Under the pieces are notes generated by a model. The model ran no database searches. It worked only from the letters and a program-made list of their open reading frames with translations, and was not told the DNA's origin. A program made the translations under genes and the position numbers. Positions 38,201-53,200 of a stretch of DNA of 64,000 nt are shown here, one piece after another (the stretch's first letter is position 1; each line of letters begins with the position of its first letter). Source of the DNA: Eledone cirrhosa (taxonomy: Eukaryota); the NCBI GenBank assembly GCA_964016885.1, contig OZ024743.1, forward strand, positions 205,592,001 to 205,656,000. Direction: 5' to 3'.

Positions 38201-41200
38201 TCTCCCCTTGGACGGCTATAAATTATCTCTCCTTCGACGGCTGGAAATTATCTCCCCTTGATTTTTTTACAAATTATCTCCCCCTGATTTTTTTTTACCA
38301 ATCTACCCCTGATTTAAAAAAAAAATTATCTCTCCTTCGCTGGCTGGAAATTATCTCCCCTTGGACGGCTGGAAATTATCTCCCCTTGATTTTTTTTACA
38401 AATTATCTACCCCTGATTTTTTTACAAATTATCTCCCCCTGTTTTTTTTTACAAATTATCTCCCCTTGATTTTTTTTTTTTTTACAAATTATCTCCGCCT
38501 GATTTTTTTTAAATTATCTCCCCTTGGCTGGATGGAAATTATCTCCCCTTGGACGGCTGGAAATTATCTCCCCTTGCACGGCTGGAAATTATCTTCCCTT
38601 GGACGGCTAGAAATTACCTCTCCTTGGACGGCTGAAAATGATCTCCCCTCGGACGGCTGGAAATTATCTCCCCCTGATTTTTTTTACAAATTATCTCCCC
38701 TTGCACGGCTGGAAATTATCTCCCCTTGGACGGCTGGAAATTATCTGCCCTTGATTTTGTTTTTACAAATTATCTCCCCCTGATTTTTTTTACAAATTAT
38801 CTCCACCTGATATTTTAAAAAATTATCTCCCCTTGGACGGCTGGAAATTATCTCCCCTTGGCTGGAAATTATCTCCCCTTGGACGGCTAGAAATTATCTC
38901 TCTTTGGACGGCTGGAAATTATCTCCCCTTGATTCTTTTTACAAATTATCTCCCCCTGATTTTTTTTACAAATCTCCCAGTGATTTTTTAAAAAAAATTA
39001 TCTCCCCTTCGCTGGCTGGAAATTATCTCCCCTTGGACGCTGGAAATTATAGCCCCTTGGACGCTGGAAATTATCTTCCCTTGGACGGCTGGAAATTATC
39101 TCCCCTTGATTTTTTTACAAATTATCTCCCCCTGATTTTTTTTTACAAATTATCTCCCCCTGATTTTTTTTTTACAAATTATCTCCCCTTGGACGGGTGG
39201 AAATTATCTCCCCTTGGACGGCTTGAAATTATCTCCCCTTGGACGGCTAGAAATTACCTCTCCTTGGACGGCTGAAAATTATCTCCCCTTGATTTTTTTT
39301 ACAAATTATCTCCTCCTGATTTTTTTTTTTACAAATTATCTCCCCCTGATTTTATTTTACATATTATCTACCCCTGATTTTTTTTTACAAATTATCTCCA
39401 CCTTATCTTTTTTACAAATTATCTCCCCCTGATTTTTTTTTTACAAATTATCTCCCCCTGATTTTTTTACAAATTATCTCCCCCTAATTTATTTTACAAA
39501 TTATCTCCGCCTGATTTTTTTAAATATTATCTTCCCTTGGCTGGCGGGAAATAATCTCCCCTTGGACGGCTGGAAATTATCTCCCCTTGGAAGGATGGAA
39601 ATTATCTCCCCTTGCACGGCTGGAAATTATCTCCCCTTGGACGGCTGGAAATTATCTCCCCTTGGATGGCTAGAAATTATCTCTCTTTGGACGGCTGGAA
39701 ATTATCTCCCCTTGATTTTTTTACAAATTATCTCCCCCTGATTTTTTTTACAAATCTCCCAGTGATTTTTAAAAAAAAATTATCTCCCTTTCGCTGGCTG
39801 GAAATTATCTCCCCTTGGACGCTGGAAATTATAGCCCCTTGGAGGGCTGGAAATTATCTTCCCTTGGACGGCTGGAAATTATCTCCCCTTGATTTTTTTT
39901 ACATATTATCTCCCCCTGATTTTTTTTACAACTTATCTCCGCCTGATTTTTTTAAAAAAATTATCTCCCCTTGGACGGCTGGAAATTATCTCCCCTTGGA
40001 CGGCTGGAAATTATCTCTCCTTGGACGGCTAGAAATTACCTCTCCTTGGACGGCTGAAAATTATCTCCCCTTGGACGGCTGGAAATTATCTCCCCTTGAT
40101 TTTTTTTACAAATTATCTCCCCCTAATTTTTTTTACAAATTATCTCCCCCTGATTTTTTTTACAAATTATATTCCCTTGGCTGGCTGGAAATTATCTCCC
40201 CTTGGAGGCTGGAATTTATCTCCCCTTGGACGGCTAGAAATTACCTCTCCTTGGACGGCTGGAAATTATGTCTCCTTGGACGGCTGGAAATTATCTCCCC
40301 TTGGACGGCTGGAAATTATCTCCCCTTGGACGGCTGGAAATTATCTCCCCTTGAACGGCTAGAAATTACCTGTCCTTGGACGGCTGAAAATTATCTCCCC
40401 TTGGACGGCTGGAAATTATCTCCCCTTGATTTTTTACAAATTATCTCCCCCTGATTTTTTTTACAAATTATCTCCGCCTGATTTTTTTTTACAAATTATC
40501 TACCCCTGATTTTTTTTACAAATCTCCCAGTGATTTTTTTAAAAAAATTATCTCCCCTTCGCTGGCTGGAAATTATCTCCCCTTGGACGCTGGAAATTAT
40601 AGCCCCTTGGAGGGCTGGAAGTTATCTTTCCTTGGAGGGCTGGAAATTATCTTCCCTTGGACGGCTGGAAATTATCTCCCCTTGATTTTTTTTACAAATT
40701 ATCTCCCCCTGATTTTTTTTTACAAATAATCTCCCCCTGATTTTTTTTTTACAAATTATCTGCGCCTGATTTTTTTTAAAAATTATCTCCCCTTGGACGG
40801 CTGGAAATTATCTCCCCTTGGACGGCTGGAAATTATCTCCCCTTGGACGGCTAGAAATTACCTCTCCTTGGACGGCTTAAAATTATCTCCCCTTGATTTT
40901 TTTTTACAAATTATCTACCCCTGATTTTTTTTTACAAATTATCTACGCCTGATTTTTTTTTCCAAATTATCTCCCCCTGATTTTTTTTTACAAATTATCT
41001 CCCCCTGTTTTTTTTTACAAATTATTTCCCCCTGATTATTTTACAAATTATCTCCGCCTGATTTTTTTAAATATTATCTTCCCTTGGCTGGCGGGAAATT
41101 ATCTCCCCTTGGACGCCTGGAAATTATCTCCCCTTGGAAGGATGGAAATTATCTCCCCTTGGACGGCTGGAAATTATCTCCCCTTGCACTGCTGGAAATT

Positions 41201-44200
41201 ATCTCCCCTTGGACGGCTGGAAATTATCTCCCCTTGGCTGGAAATTATCTCCCCTTGGACGGCTAGAAATTATCTCTCTTTGGACGGCTGGAAATTATCT
41301 CCCCTTGATTTTTTTACAAATTATCTCCCCCTGATTTTTTTACAAATCTCCCAGTGTTTTTTTTTTTAAATTATCTCCCCTTCGCTGGCTGGAAATTATC
41401 TCCCCTTGGACGCTGGAAATTATAGCCCCTTGGAGGGCTGGAAATTATCTTCCCTTGGACGGCTGGAAATTATCTCCCCTTGATTTTTTTTACAAATTAT
41501 CTCCCCCTGATTTTTTTTTACAAATTATCTCCCCCTGATTTTTTTTTACAAATTATCTCCCCCTGATTTTTTTTACAACTTATCTCCGCCTGATTTTTTA
41601 AAAAAAATTATCTCCCCTTGGACGGCTAGAAATTACCTCTCCTTGGACGGCTGAAAATTATCTCCCCTTGGACGGCTGGAAATTATCTCCCCTTGATTTT
41701 TTTTACAAATTATCTCCCCCTGATTTTTTTTTACAAATTATCTCCCCCTGATTTTTTTTACAAATTATCTCCCCCTGATTTTTTTTTACAAATTATCTCC
41801 CCCTGATTTTTTTTACAAATTATATCCCCTTGGCTGGCTGGAAATTATCTCCCCTTGGAGGCTGGAATTTATCTCCCCTTGGACGGCTAGAAATTACCTC
41901 TCCTTGGACGGCTGGAAATTATGTCTCCTTGGACGGCTAGAAATTACCTCTCCTTGGACGGCTGAAAATTATCTCCCCTTGGACGGCTGGAAATTATCTC
42001 CCCTTGATTTTTTTTACAAATTATCTCCCCCTGATTTTTTTTACAAATTATCTCCCCCTGATTTTTTTTTACAAATTATCTCCCCCTGATTTTTTTTACA
42101 AATTATATCCCCTTGGCTGGCTGGAAATTATCTCCCCTTGGAGGCTGGAATTTATCTCCCCTTGGACGGCTAGAAATTACCTCTCCTTGGACGGCTGGAA
42201 ATTATGTCTCCTTGGACGGCTGGAAATTATCTCCCCTTGGACGGCTGGAAATTATCTCCCCTTGGACGGCTGGAAATTATCTCCCCTTGGACGGCTAGAT
42301 ATTACCTCTCCTTGGACGGCTGGAAATTATCTGCCCTTGGACGGCTGGAAATTATCTCCCCTTGGACGGCTGGAAATTATTTCCCCTTGATTTTTTTTAC
42401 AAATTATCTCCCGCTGATTTTTTTTTACAAATCTCCACCTAATTTAAAAAAAAATTATCTCCCCTTCGCTGGCTGGAAATTATCTTGCTTTGGACGGCTG
42501 GAAATTATAGCCGCTTGTAGAGCTGGAAATTATCTCCCCTTGGACGGCTGGAAATTATCTCCCCTTGATTTTTTTTACTAAGTATCTCACCCTGATTTTT
42601 TTTTACAAATTATCTCCGCCTGATTTTTAAAAAAAAATTATCTCCCCTTGGCTGGATGGAAATTATCTCCCCTTGGACGGCTGGAAATTATCTTCCCTTG
42701 ATTTCTTCTACAAATTATCTACCCCTGATTTTTTTTACAAATTATCTCTCCCTGATTTTTTTTTACAAATATCTCTCCTTGGCTGGCTGGAAATTATCTC
42801 CCCTTGGCTGGCTGGAAATTATCTCCCCCTGATATTTTTTTACAAATTAGCTCCCCCTGATTTTTTTTACAAATTATCTCCCCCTGATTTTTTTCACAAA
42901 TTATCTCCCCCTGATTTTTTTTACAAATTATCTCCCCTGATTTAAAAAAAAAAAGTATCTCCCCTTGGACGGCTGGAAATTATCTCCCCTTGGACGGCTG
43001 GAAATTATCGCCCCCTGATTTTTTTTTTACAAATTATCTCCACCTGATTTTTTTTACAAATCATCTCAGCCTGATTTTTTTAAAATATTATCTCCCTTGG
43101 CTTGCTGGAAATTATCTCCCCTTGGACGGCTATAAATTATCTCTCCTTCGACGGCTGGAAATTATCTCCCCTTGATTTTTTTACAAATTATCTCCCCCTG
43201 ATTTTTTTTTACCAATCAACCCCTGATTTAAAAACAAAAATTATCACCCCTTCGCTGGCTGGAAATTATCTCCCCTTGGACGGCTGGAAATTATCTCCCC
43301 TTGATTTTTTTTACAAATTATCTACCCCTGATTTTTTTACAAATTATCTCCCCGTGATTTTTTTTACAAATTATCTCCCCCTGATTTTTTTTTTTTACAA
43401 ATTATCTCCGCCTGATTTTTTTAGAATTATCTCCCCTTGGCTGGATGGAAATTATCTCCCCTTGGACGGCTGGAAATTATCTCCCCTTGGAAGGATGGAA
43501 ATTATCTCCCCTTGGACGGCTGGAAATTATCTCCCCTTGTACGGCTGGAAATTATCTCCCCTTGGACGGCTAGAAATTACCTCTCCTTGGACGGCTGAAA
43601 ATTATCTCCCCTTGGACGGCTGGAAATTATGTCCACCTGATTTTTTTTACAAATCATCTCCGCCTGATTTTTTTAAAAACTTATCTCCCTTGGCTTGCTG
43701 GAAATTATCTCCCCTTGGACGGCTATAAATTATCTCTCCTTCGACGGCTGGAAATTATCTCCCCTTGATTTTTTTACAAATTATCTCCCCCTGATTTTTT
43801 TTTACCAATCTACCCCTGATTTAAAAAAAAATTATCTCTCCTTCGCTGGCTGGAAATTATCTCCCCTTGGACGGCTGGAAATTATCTCCCCTTGATTTTT
43901 TTTACAAATTATCTACCCCTGATTTTTTTACAAATTATCTCCCCCTGATTTTTTTTTACAAATTATCTCCCCTTGATTTTTTTTTTTTACAAATTATCTC
44001 CGCCTGATTTTCTTAAAATTATCTCCCCTTGGCTGGATGGAAATTATCTCCCCTAGGACGGCTGGAAATTATCTCCCCTTGCACGGCTGGAAATTATCTT
44101 CCCTTGGACGGCTAGAAATTACCTCTCCTTGGACGGCTGAAAATTATCTCCCCTTGGACGGCTGGAAATTATCTCCCCCTGATTTTTTTTACAAATTATC

Positions 44201-47200
44201 TCCCCTTGCACGGCTGGAAATTATCTCCCCTTGGACGGCTGGAAATTATCTGCCCTTGATTTTGTTTTTACAAATTATCTCCCCCTGATTTTTTTTACAA
44301 ATTATCTCCACCTGATATTTTAAAAAATTATCTCCCCTTGGACGGCTGGAAATTATCTCCCCTTGGCTGGAAATTATCTCCCCTTGGACGGCTAGAAATT
44401 ATCTCTCTTTGGACGGCTGGAAATTATCTCCCCTTGATTCTTTTTACAAATTATCTCCCCCTGATTTTTTTTACAAATCTCCCAGTGATTTTTTAAAAAA
44501 AATTATCTCCCCTTCGCTGGCTGGAAATTATCTCCCCTTGGACGCTGGAAATTATAGCCCCTTGGACGCTGGAAATTATCTTCCCTTGGACGGCTGGAAA
44601 TTATCTCCCCTTGATTTTTTTACAAATTATCTCCCCCTGATTTTTTTTTACAAATTATCTCACCCTGATTTTTTTTTTACAAATTATCTCCCCTTGGACG
44701 GGTGGAAATTATCTCCCCTTGATTTTTTTACAAATTATCTCCCCCTGATTTTTTTTTACCAATCTACCCCTGATTTAAAAAAAAAAATTATCTCCCTTCG
44801 CTGGCTGGAAATTATCTCCCCTTGGACGGCTTGAAATTATCTCCCCTTGGACGGCTAGAAATTACCTCTCCTTGGACGGCTGAAAATTATCTCCCCTTGA
44901 TTTTTTTTACAAATTATCTCCCCCTGATTTTTTTTTTTACAAATTATCTCCCCCTGGTTTTATTTTACATATTATCTACCCCTGATTTTTTTTTACAAAT
45001 TATCTCCACCTGATCTTTTTTACAAATTATCTCCCCCTGATTTTTTTTTTACAAATTATCTCCCCCTGATTTTTTTACAAATTATCTCCCCCTGATTTTT
45101 TTTTCAAATTATCTCCGCCTGATTTTTTTAAATATTATCTTCCCTTGGCTGGCGGGAAATTATCTCCCCTTGGACGGCTGGAAATTATCTCCCCTTGGAA
45201 GGATGGAAATTATCTCCCCTTGGACGGCTGGAAATTATCTCCCCTTGCACTGCTGGAAATTATCTCCCCTTGGACGGCTGGAAATTATCTCCCCTTGGCT
45301 GGAAATTATCTCCCCTTGGACGGCTAGAAATTATCTCTCTTTGGACGGCTGGAAATTATCTCCCCTTGATTTTTTTACAAATTATCTCCCCCTGATTTTT
45401 TTTACAAATCTCCCAGTGATTTTTTTTAAAAAATTATCTCCCCTTCGCTGGCTGGAAATTATCTCCCCTTGGACGCTGGAAATTATAGCCCCTTGGAGGG
45501 CTGGAAATTATCTTCCCTTGGACGGCTGGAAATTATCTCCCCTTGATTTCTTTTACAAATTATCTCCCCCTGATTTTTTTTACAAATTATCTCCCCCTGA
45601 TTTTTTTTTACAAATTATCTCCCCCTGATTTTTTTTACAACTTATCTCCGCCTGATTTTTTTAAAAAAATTATCTCCCCTTGGACGGCTGGAAATTATCT
45701 CCCCTTGGACGGCTGGAAATTATCTCTCCTTGGACGGCTGGAAATTATCTCCCCTTGATTTTTTTTACTAATTATCTCCCCCTGATTTTTTTTTACAAAT
45801 ATCTCCCCTTGGCTGCCTGGAAATTATCTCCCCTTGGCAGGCTGGAAATGATCTCCCCTTGGACGGCTGGAAATTATCTCCTCTTGGACGCCTAGAAATT
45901 ACCTCTCCTTGGACAGCTGTAAATTATCTCCCCTTGGACGGCTGGAAATTATCTCGCCTTGGACGGCTGGAAATTATCTCCCCTTGATTTTGTATACAAA
46001 TTATCTCCCCCTGATTTTTTTTTACAAATTATCTGCCCCTGATTATTTTTTTACAAATTAGCTCCGCCTGATTTTTTTTTAAAATTATCTCCCCTTGGAC
46101 GGCTGGAAATTATCTCCCCTTGGACGGCTGGAAATTATCTCCCCTTGAACGGCTAGAAATTACCTCTCCTTGGACGGCTGAAAATTATCTCCCCTTGGAC
46201 GGCTGGAAATTATCGCCCCCTGATTTTTTTTAACAAATTATCTCCCCCTGATTTTTTTTTTTACAAATTATCTCCCCCTGATTTTATTTTACATATTATC
46301 TACCCCTGATTTTTTTTTACAAATTATCTCCGCCTGATTTTTTTTTTAAAATTATCTCCCCTTGGCTGGATGGAAATTTTCTCCCCTTGGACGGCTGGAA
46401 ATTATCTCCCCTTGATGTCTTCTACAAATTATCTACCCCTGATTTTTTTTTTACAAATCTTCTCTCCCTGATTTTTTTTACAAATATCTCCCCTTGGCTA
46501 GCTGGAAATTATCTCCCCTTGGCTGGCTGGAAATTATCTCCCCTTGGACGGCTGGAAATTATCTCCCCTTGGACGCCTAGAAATTACCTCTCCTTGGACA
46601 GCTGTAAATTATCTCCCCTTGGACGGCTGGAAATTCTCTCGCCTTGGACGGCTGGAAATTATCTCCCCTTGGACGGCTATAAATTATCTCTCCTTCGACG
46701 GCTGGAAATTATCTCCCCTTGATTTTTTTACAAATTATCTCCCCCTGATTTTTTTTTACCAATCTACCCCTGATTTAAAAAAAAAATTATCTCCTCTTCG
46801 CTAGCTGGAAATTATCTCCCCTTGGACGGCTGGAAATTATCTCCCCTTGATTTATTTTACAAATTATCTACCCTGATTTTTTTACAAATTATCTCCCCCT
46901 GATTTTTTTTTACAAATTATCTCCCCCTGATTTTTTTTTTACAAATTATCTCCGCCTGATTTTTTTGAAATTATCTCCCCTTGGCTGGATGGAAATTATC
47001 TCCCCTTGGACGGCTGGAAATTATCTCCCCTTGCACGGCTGGAAATTATCTTCCCTTGGACGGCTAGAAATTACCTCTCCTTGGACGGCTGAAAATTATC
47101 TCCCCTTGGACGGCTGGAAATTATCTCCCCCTGATTTTTTTTACAAATTATCTCCCCTTGCACGGCTGGAAATTATCTCCCCTTGGACGGCTGGAAATTA

Positions 47201-50200
47201 TCTGCCCTTGATATTGTTTTTACAAATTATCTCCCCCTGATTTTTTTTACAAATTATCTCCACCTGATATTTTAAAAAATTATCTCCCTTGGACGGGTGG
47301 AAATTATCTCCCCTTGGACGGCTTGAAATTATCTCCCCTTGGACGGCTAGAAATTACCTCTCCTTGGACGGCTGAAAATTATCTCCCCTTGATTTTTTTT
47401 ACAAATTATCTCCCCCTGATTTTTTTTTTTACAAATTATCTCCCCCTGATTTTATTTTACATATTATCTACCCCTGATTTTTTTTTACAAATTATCTCCA
47501 CCTGATCTTTTTTACAAATTATCTCCCCCTGATTTTTTTTTTACAAATTATCTCCCCCTGATTTTTTTACAAATTATCTCCCCCTAATTTATTTTACAAA
47601 TTATCTCCGCCTGATTTTTTTAAATATTAACTTCCCTTGGCTGGCGGGAAATAATCTCCCCTTGGAAGGATGGAAATTATCTCCCCTTGGACGGCTGGAA
47701 ATTATCTCCCCTTGCACGGCTGGAAATTATCTCCCCTTGGACGGCTGGAAATTATCTCCCCTTGGCTGGAAATTATCTCCCCTTGGACGGCTAGAAATTA
47801 TCTCTCTTTGGACGGCTGGAAATTATCTCCCCTTGATTTTTTTTACAAATTATCTCCCCCTGATTTTTTTTACAAATCTCCCAGTGATTTTTTAAAAAAA
47901 ATTATCTCCCTTTCGCTGGCTGGAAATTATCTCCCCTTGGACGCTGGAAATTATAGCCCCTTGGAGGGCTGGAAATTATCTTCCCTTGGACGGCTGGAAA
48001 TTATCTCCCCTTGATTTTTTTTACATATTATCTCCCCCTGATTTTTTTTTACAAATTATCTCCCCGATTTTTTTTACAAACTATCTCCCCCTGATTTTTT
48101 TTTTACAAATTATCTCCGCCTGATTTTTTTTTAAAATTATCTCCCCTTGGACGGCTGGAAATTATCTCCCCTTGGACGGCTGGAAATTATCTCCCCTTGG
48201 ACGGCTAGAAATTACCTCTCCTTGGACGGCTGAAAATTATCTCCCCTTGGACGGCTGGAAATTATCTCCCCTTGATTTTTTTTACAAATTATCTCCCCCT
48301 GATTTTTTTTTACAAATTATCTCCCCCTGATTTTTTTTTTATAAATTATCTCCCCCTGATTTTTTTTACAAATTATCTCCCCCTGATTTTTTTACAAATT
48401 ATCTCCCCTTGGCTGGCTGGAAATTATCTCCCCTTGGAGGCTGGAATTTATCTCCCCTTGGACGGCTGGAAATTATCTCCCCTTGGACGGCTAGAAATTA
48501 CCTCTCCTTGGACGGCTGGAAATTATCTCCCCTTGAACGGCTGGAAATTATCTCCCCTTGGACGGCTGGAAATTATCTCCCCTTGGACGGCTGGAAATTA
48601 TCTCCCCTTGGACGGCTAGAAATTACCTCTCCTTGGACGGCTGGAAATTATCTCCCCTTGGACAGCTGGAAATTATCTCCCCTTGGACGGCTGGAAATTA
48701 TTTCCCCTTGATTTTTTTTTTCAAATTATCTCCCCCTGATTTTTTTTACAAATCTCCCCCTAATTTAAAAAAAAATTATCTCCCCTTCGCTGGCTGGAAA
48801 TTATCTCCCTTTGGACGGCTGGAAATTATAGCTGCTTGTAGGGCTAGAAATTATCTCCCCTTGGACGGCTGGAAATTATCTCCCCTTGATTTTTTTTACT
48901 AATTATCTCCCCCTGATTTTTTTTTACAAATATCTCCCCTTGGCTGCCTGGAAATTATCTCCCCTTGGCAGGCTGGAAATGATCTCCCCTTGGACGGCTG
49001 GAAATTATCTCCTCTTGGACGCCTAGAAATTACCTCTCCTTGGACAGCTGTAAATTATCTCCCCTTGGACGGCTGGAAATTATCTCGCCTTGGACGGCTG
49101 GAAATTATCTCCCCTTGATTTTGTATACAAATTATCTCCCCCTGATTTTTTTTTACAAATTATCTGCCCCTGATTATTTTTTTACAAATTAGCTCCGCCT
49201 GATTTTTTTTTTAAATTATCTCCCCTTGGACGGCTGGAAATTATCTCCCCTTGGACGGCTGGAAATTATCTCCCCTTGAACGGCTAGAAATTACCTCTCC
49301 TTGGACGGCTGAAAATTATCTCCCCTTGGACGGCTGGAAATTATCGCCCCCTGATTTTTTTTAACAAATTATCTCCACCTGATTTTTTTTACAAATCATC
49401 TCCGCCTGATTTTTTTAAAAAATTATCTCCCTTTCGCTGGCTGGAAATTATCTCCCCTTGGACGCTGGAAATTATAGCCCCTTGGACGGCTGGAAATTAT
49501 CTCCCCTTGATTTTTTTTACATATTATCTCCCCCTGATTTTTTTTTACGAATTATCTCCCCGATTTTTTTTTACAAATTATCTCCCCCTGATTTTTTTTT
49601 ACAAATTATCTCCGCCTGATTTTTTTAAAAAAATTATCTCCCCTTGGACGGCTGGAAATTATCTCCCCTTGAACGGCTGGAAATTATCTCCCCTTGGACG
49701 GCTGGAAATTATCTCCCCTTGGACGGCTGGAAATTATCTCCCCTTGGACGGCTAGAAATTACCTATCCTTGGACGGCTGGAAATTATCTCCCCTTGGACG
49801 GCTGGAAATTATCTCCCCTTGGACGGCTGGAAATTATTTCCCCTTGATTTTTTTTACAAATTATCTCCCCCTGATTTTTTTTACAAATCTCCCCCTAATT
49901 TAAAAAAAAATTATCTCCCCTTCGCTGGCTGGAAATTATCTCCCTTTGGACGGCTGGAAATTATAGCTGCTTGTAGGGCTGGAAATTATCTCCCCTTGGA
50001 CGGCTGGAAATTATCTCCCATTTATGTCTTCTACAAATTATCTACCCCTGATTTTTTTTTTACAAATTATCTCCGCCTGATTTTTTTTTACAAATTATCT
50101 GCGCCTGATTTTTTTTTACAAATTAGCTCCGCCTGATTTTTTAAAAAATTATCTCCCCTTGGACGGCTGGAAATTATCTCCCCTTGGACGGCTGGAAATT

Positions 50201-53200
50201 ATCTCCCCTTGGACGGCTAGAAATTATCTCTCTTTGGACGACTGGAAATTATCTCCCCTTGGACGGCTGCAAATTATCTCCCCTTGATTTTTTTTACAAA
50301 TTATCTCCCCCTGATTTTTTTTACAAATTATCTCCCCCTGATTTTTTTTTACAAATTATCTACCCCTGATTTTTTTACAAATTATCTCCCCCTGATTTTT
50401 TTTTACAAATTATCTCCCCCTGATTTTTTTTACAAATTATCTCCCCCTGATTTTTTTTTACAAATTATCTCCCCCTGATTTTTTTACAAATTATCTCCCC
50501 CTGATTTTTTTAAAAATTATCTTCCCTGGGCTGGCGGGAAATTATCTCCCCTTGGACGGCTGGAAATTATCTTCCCTTGCACGGCTGGAAATTATCTCCC
50601 CTTGGACAGCTGGAAATTATCTGCCCTTGATTTTGTTTTTACAAATTATCTCCCCCTGATTTTTTTTACAAATTATCTCCACCTGATTTTTTAAAAAATT
50701 ATCTCCCCTTGGACGGCTGGAAATTATCTCCCCTTGGCTGGAAATTATCTCCCCTTGGACGGCTAGAAATTATCTCTCTTTGGACGGCTGGAAATAATCT
50801 CCCTTTGATTTTTTTACAATTTATCTCCCTCTGATTTTTTTTACAAATCTCCCCCTGATTTTTTTAAAAAAATTATCTCCCCTTCGCTGGCTGGAAATTA
50901 TCTCCCCTTGGACACTTGAAATTATATCCCCTTGGAGGGCTGGAAATTATCTTCCCTTGGACGGCTGGAAATTATCTCCCCTTGATTTTTTTTACAAATT
51001 ATCTCCCCCTGATTTTTTTTACAAATTATCTGCCCCTGATTTTTTTTTACAAATTATCTCCGCCTGATTTTTTTTTAAATTATCTCTCCTTGGACGGCTG
51101 GAAATTATCTCCCCTTGATTTTTTTTACAAATTATCTCCCCCTGATTTTTTTTTACAAATTATCTACCCCTGATTTTTTTTTACAAATTATCTCCCCCTG
51201 ATTTTTTTTACAAATTATCTCCCCCTGATTTTTTTTTTACAAATTATCTCCCCCTGATTTTTTTACAAATTATCTCCCCCTGATTTTTTTTTCAAATTAT
51301 CTCCGCCTGATTTTTTTAAATATTATCTTCCCTTGGCTGGCGGGAAATTATCTCCCCTTGGACGGCTGGAAATTATCTCCCCTTGGAAGGATGGAAATTA
51401 TCTCCCCTTGGACGGCTGGAAATTATCTCCCCTTGCACTGCTGGAAATTATCTCCCCTTGGACGGCTGGAAATTATCTCCCCTTGGCTGAAAATTATCTC
51501 CCCTTGGACGGCTAGAAATTATCTCTCTTTGGACGGCTGGAAATTATCTCCCCTTGATTTTTTTTACAAATTATCTCCCCCTGATTTTTTTACAAATCTC
51601 CCAGTGTTTTTTTTTAAAAATTATCTCCCCTTCGCTGGCTGGAAATTATCTCCCCTTGGACGCTGGAAATTATAGCCCCTTGGAGGGCTGGAAATTATCT
51701 TCCCTTGGACGGCTGGAAATTATCTCCCCTTGATTTTTTTTACAAATTATCTCCCCCTGATTTTTTTTACAAATTATCTCCCCCTGATTTTTTTTTACAA
51801 ATTATCTCCCCCTGATTTTTTTTACAACTTATCTCCGCCTGATTTTTTAAAAAAAATTATCTCCCCTTGGACGGCTAGAAATTACCTCTCCTTGGACGGC
51901 TGAAAATTATCTCCCCTTGGACGGCTGCAAATTATCTCCCCTTGATTTTTTTTACAAATTATCTCCCCCTGATTTTTTTTTACAAATTATCTCCCCCTGA
52001 TTTTTTTTACAAATTATCTCCCCCTGATTTTTTTTTACAAATTATCTCCCCCTGATTTATTTTACAAATTATATCCCCTTGGCTGGCTGGAAATTATCTC
52101 CCCTTGGAGGCTGGAATTTATCTCCCCTTGGACGGCTAGAAATTACCTCTCCTTGGACGGCTGGAAATTATGTCTCCTTGGACGGCTAGAAATTACCTCT
52201 CCTTGGACGGCTGAAAATTATCTCCCCTTGGACGGCTGGAAATTATCTCCCCTTGATTTTTTTTACAAATTATCTCCCCCTGATTTTTTTTTACAAATTA
52301 TCTCCCCCTGATTTTTTTTACAAATTATCTCCCCCTGATTTTTTTTTACAAATTATCTCCCCCTGATTTTTTTTACAAATTATATTCCCTTGGCTGGCTG
52401 GAAATTATCTCCCCTTGGAGGCTGGAATTTATCTCCCCTTGGACGGCTAGAAATTACCTCTCCTTGGACGGCTGGAAATTATGTCTCCTTGGACGGCTGG
52501 AAATTATCTCCCCTTGGACGGCTGGAAATTATCTCCCCTTGGACGGCTGGAAATTATCTCCCCTTGGACGGCTAGATATTACCTCTCCTTGGACGGCTGG
52601 AAATTATCTGCCCTTGGACGGCTGGAAATTATCTCCCCTTGGACGGCTGGAAATTATTTCCCCTTGATTTTTTTTACAAATTATCTCCCGCTGATTTTTT
52701 TTTACAAATCTCCACCTAATTAAAAAAAAAATTATCTCCCCTTCGCTGGCTGGAAATTATCTTGCTTTGGACGGCTGGAAATTATAGCCGCTTGTAGGGC
52801 TGGAAATTATCTCCCCTTGGACGGCTGGAAATTATCTCCCCTTGATTTTTTTTACTAAGTATCTCACCCTGATTTTTTTTTACAAATTATCTCCGCCTGA
52901 TTTTTAAAAAAAAATTATCTCCCCTTGGCTGGATGGAAATTATCTCCCCTTGGACGGCTGGAAATTATCTTCCCTTGATTTCTTCTACAAATTATCTACC
53001 CCTGATTTTTTTTTTACAAATTATCTCTCCCTGATTTTTTTTTACAAATATCTCTCCTTGGCTGGCTGGAAATTATCTCCCCTTGGCTGGCTGGAAATTA
53101 TCTCCCCCTGATATTTTTTTACAAATTAGCTCCCCCTGATTTTTTTTACAAATTATCTCCCCCTGATTTTTTTCACAAATTATCTCCCCCTGATTTTTTT

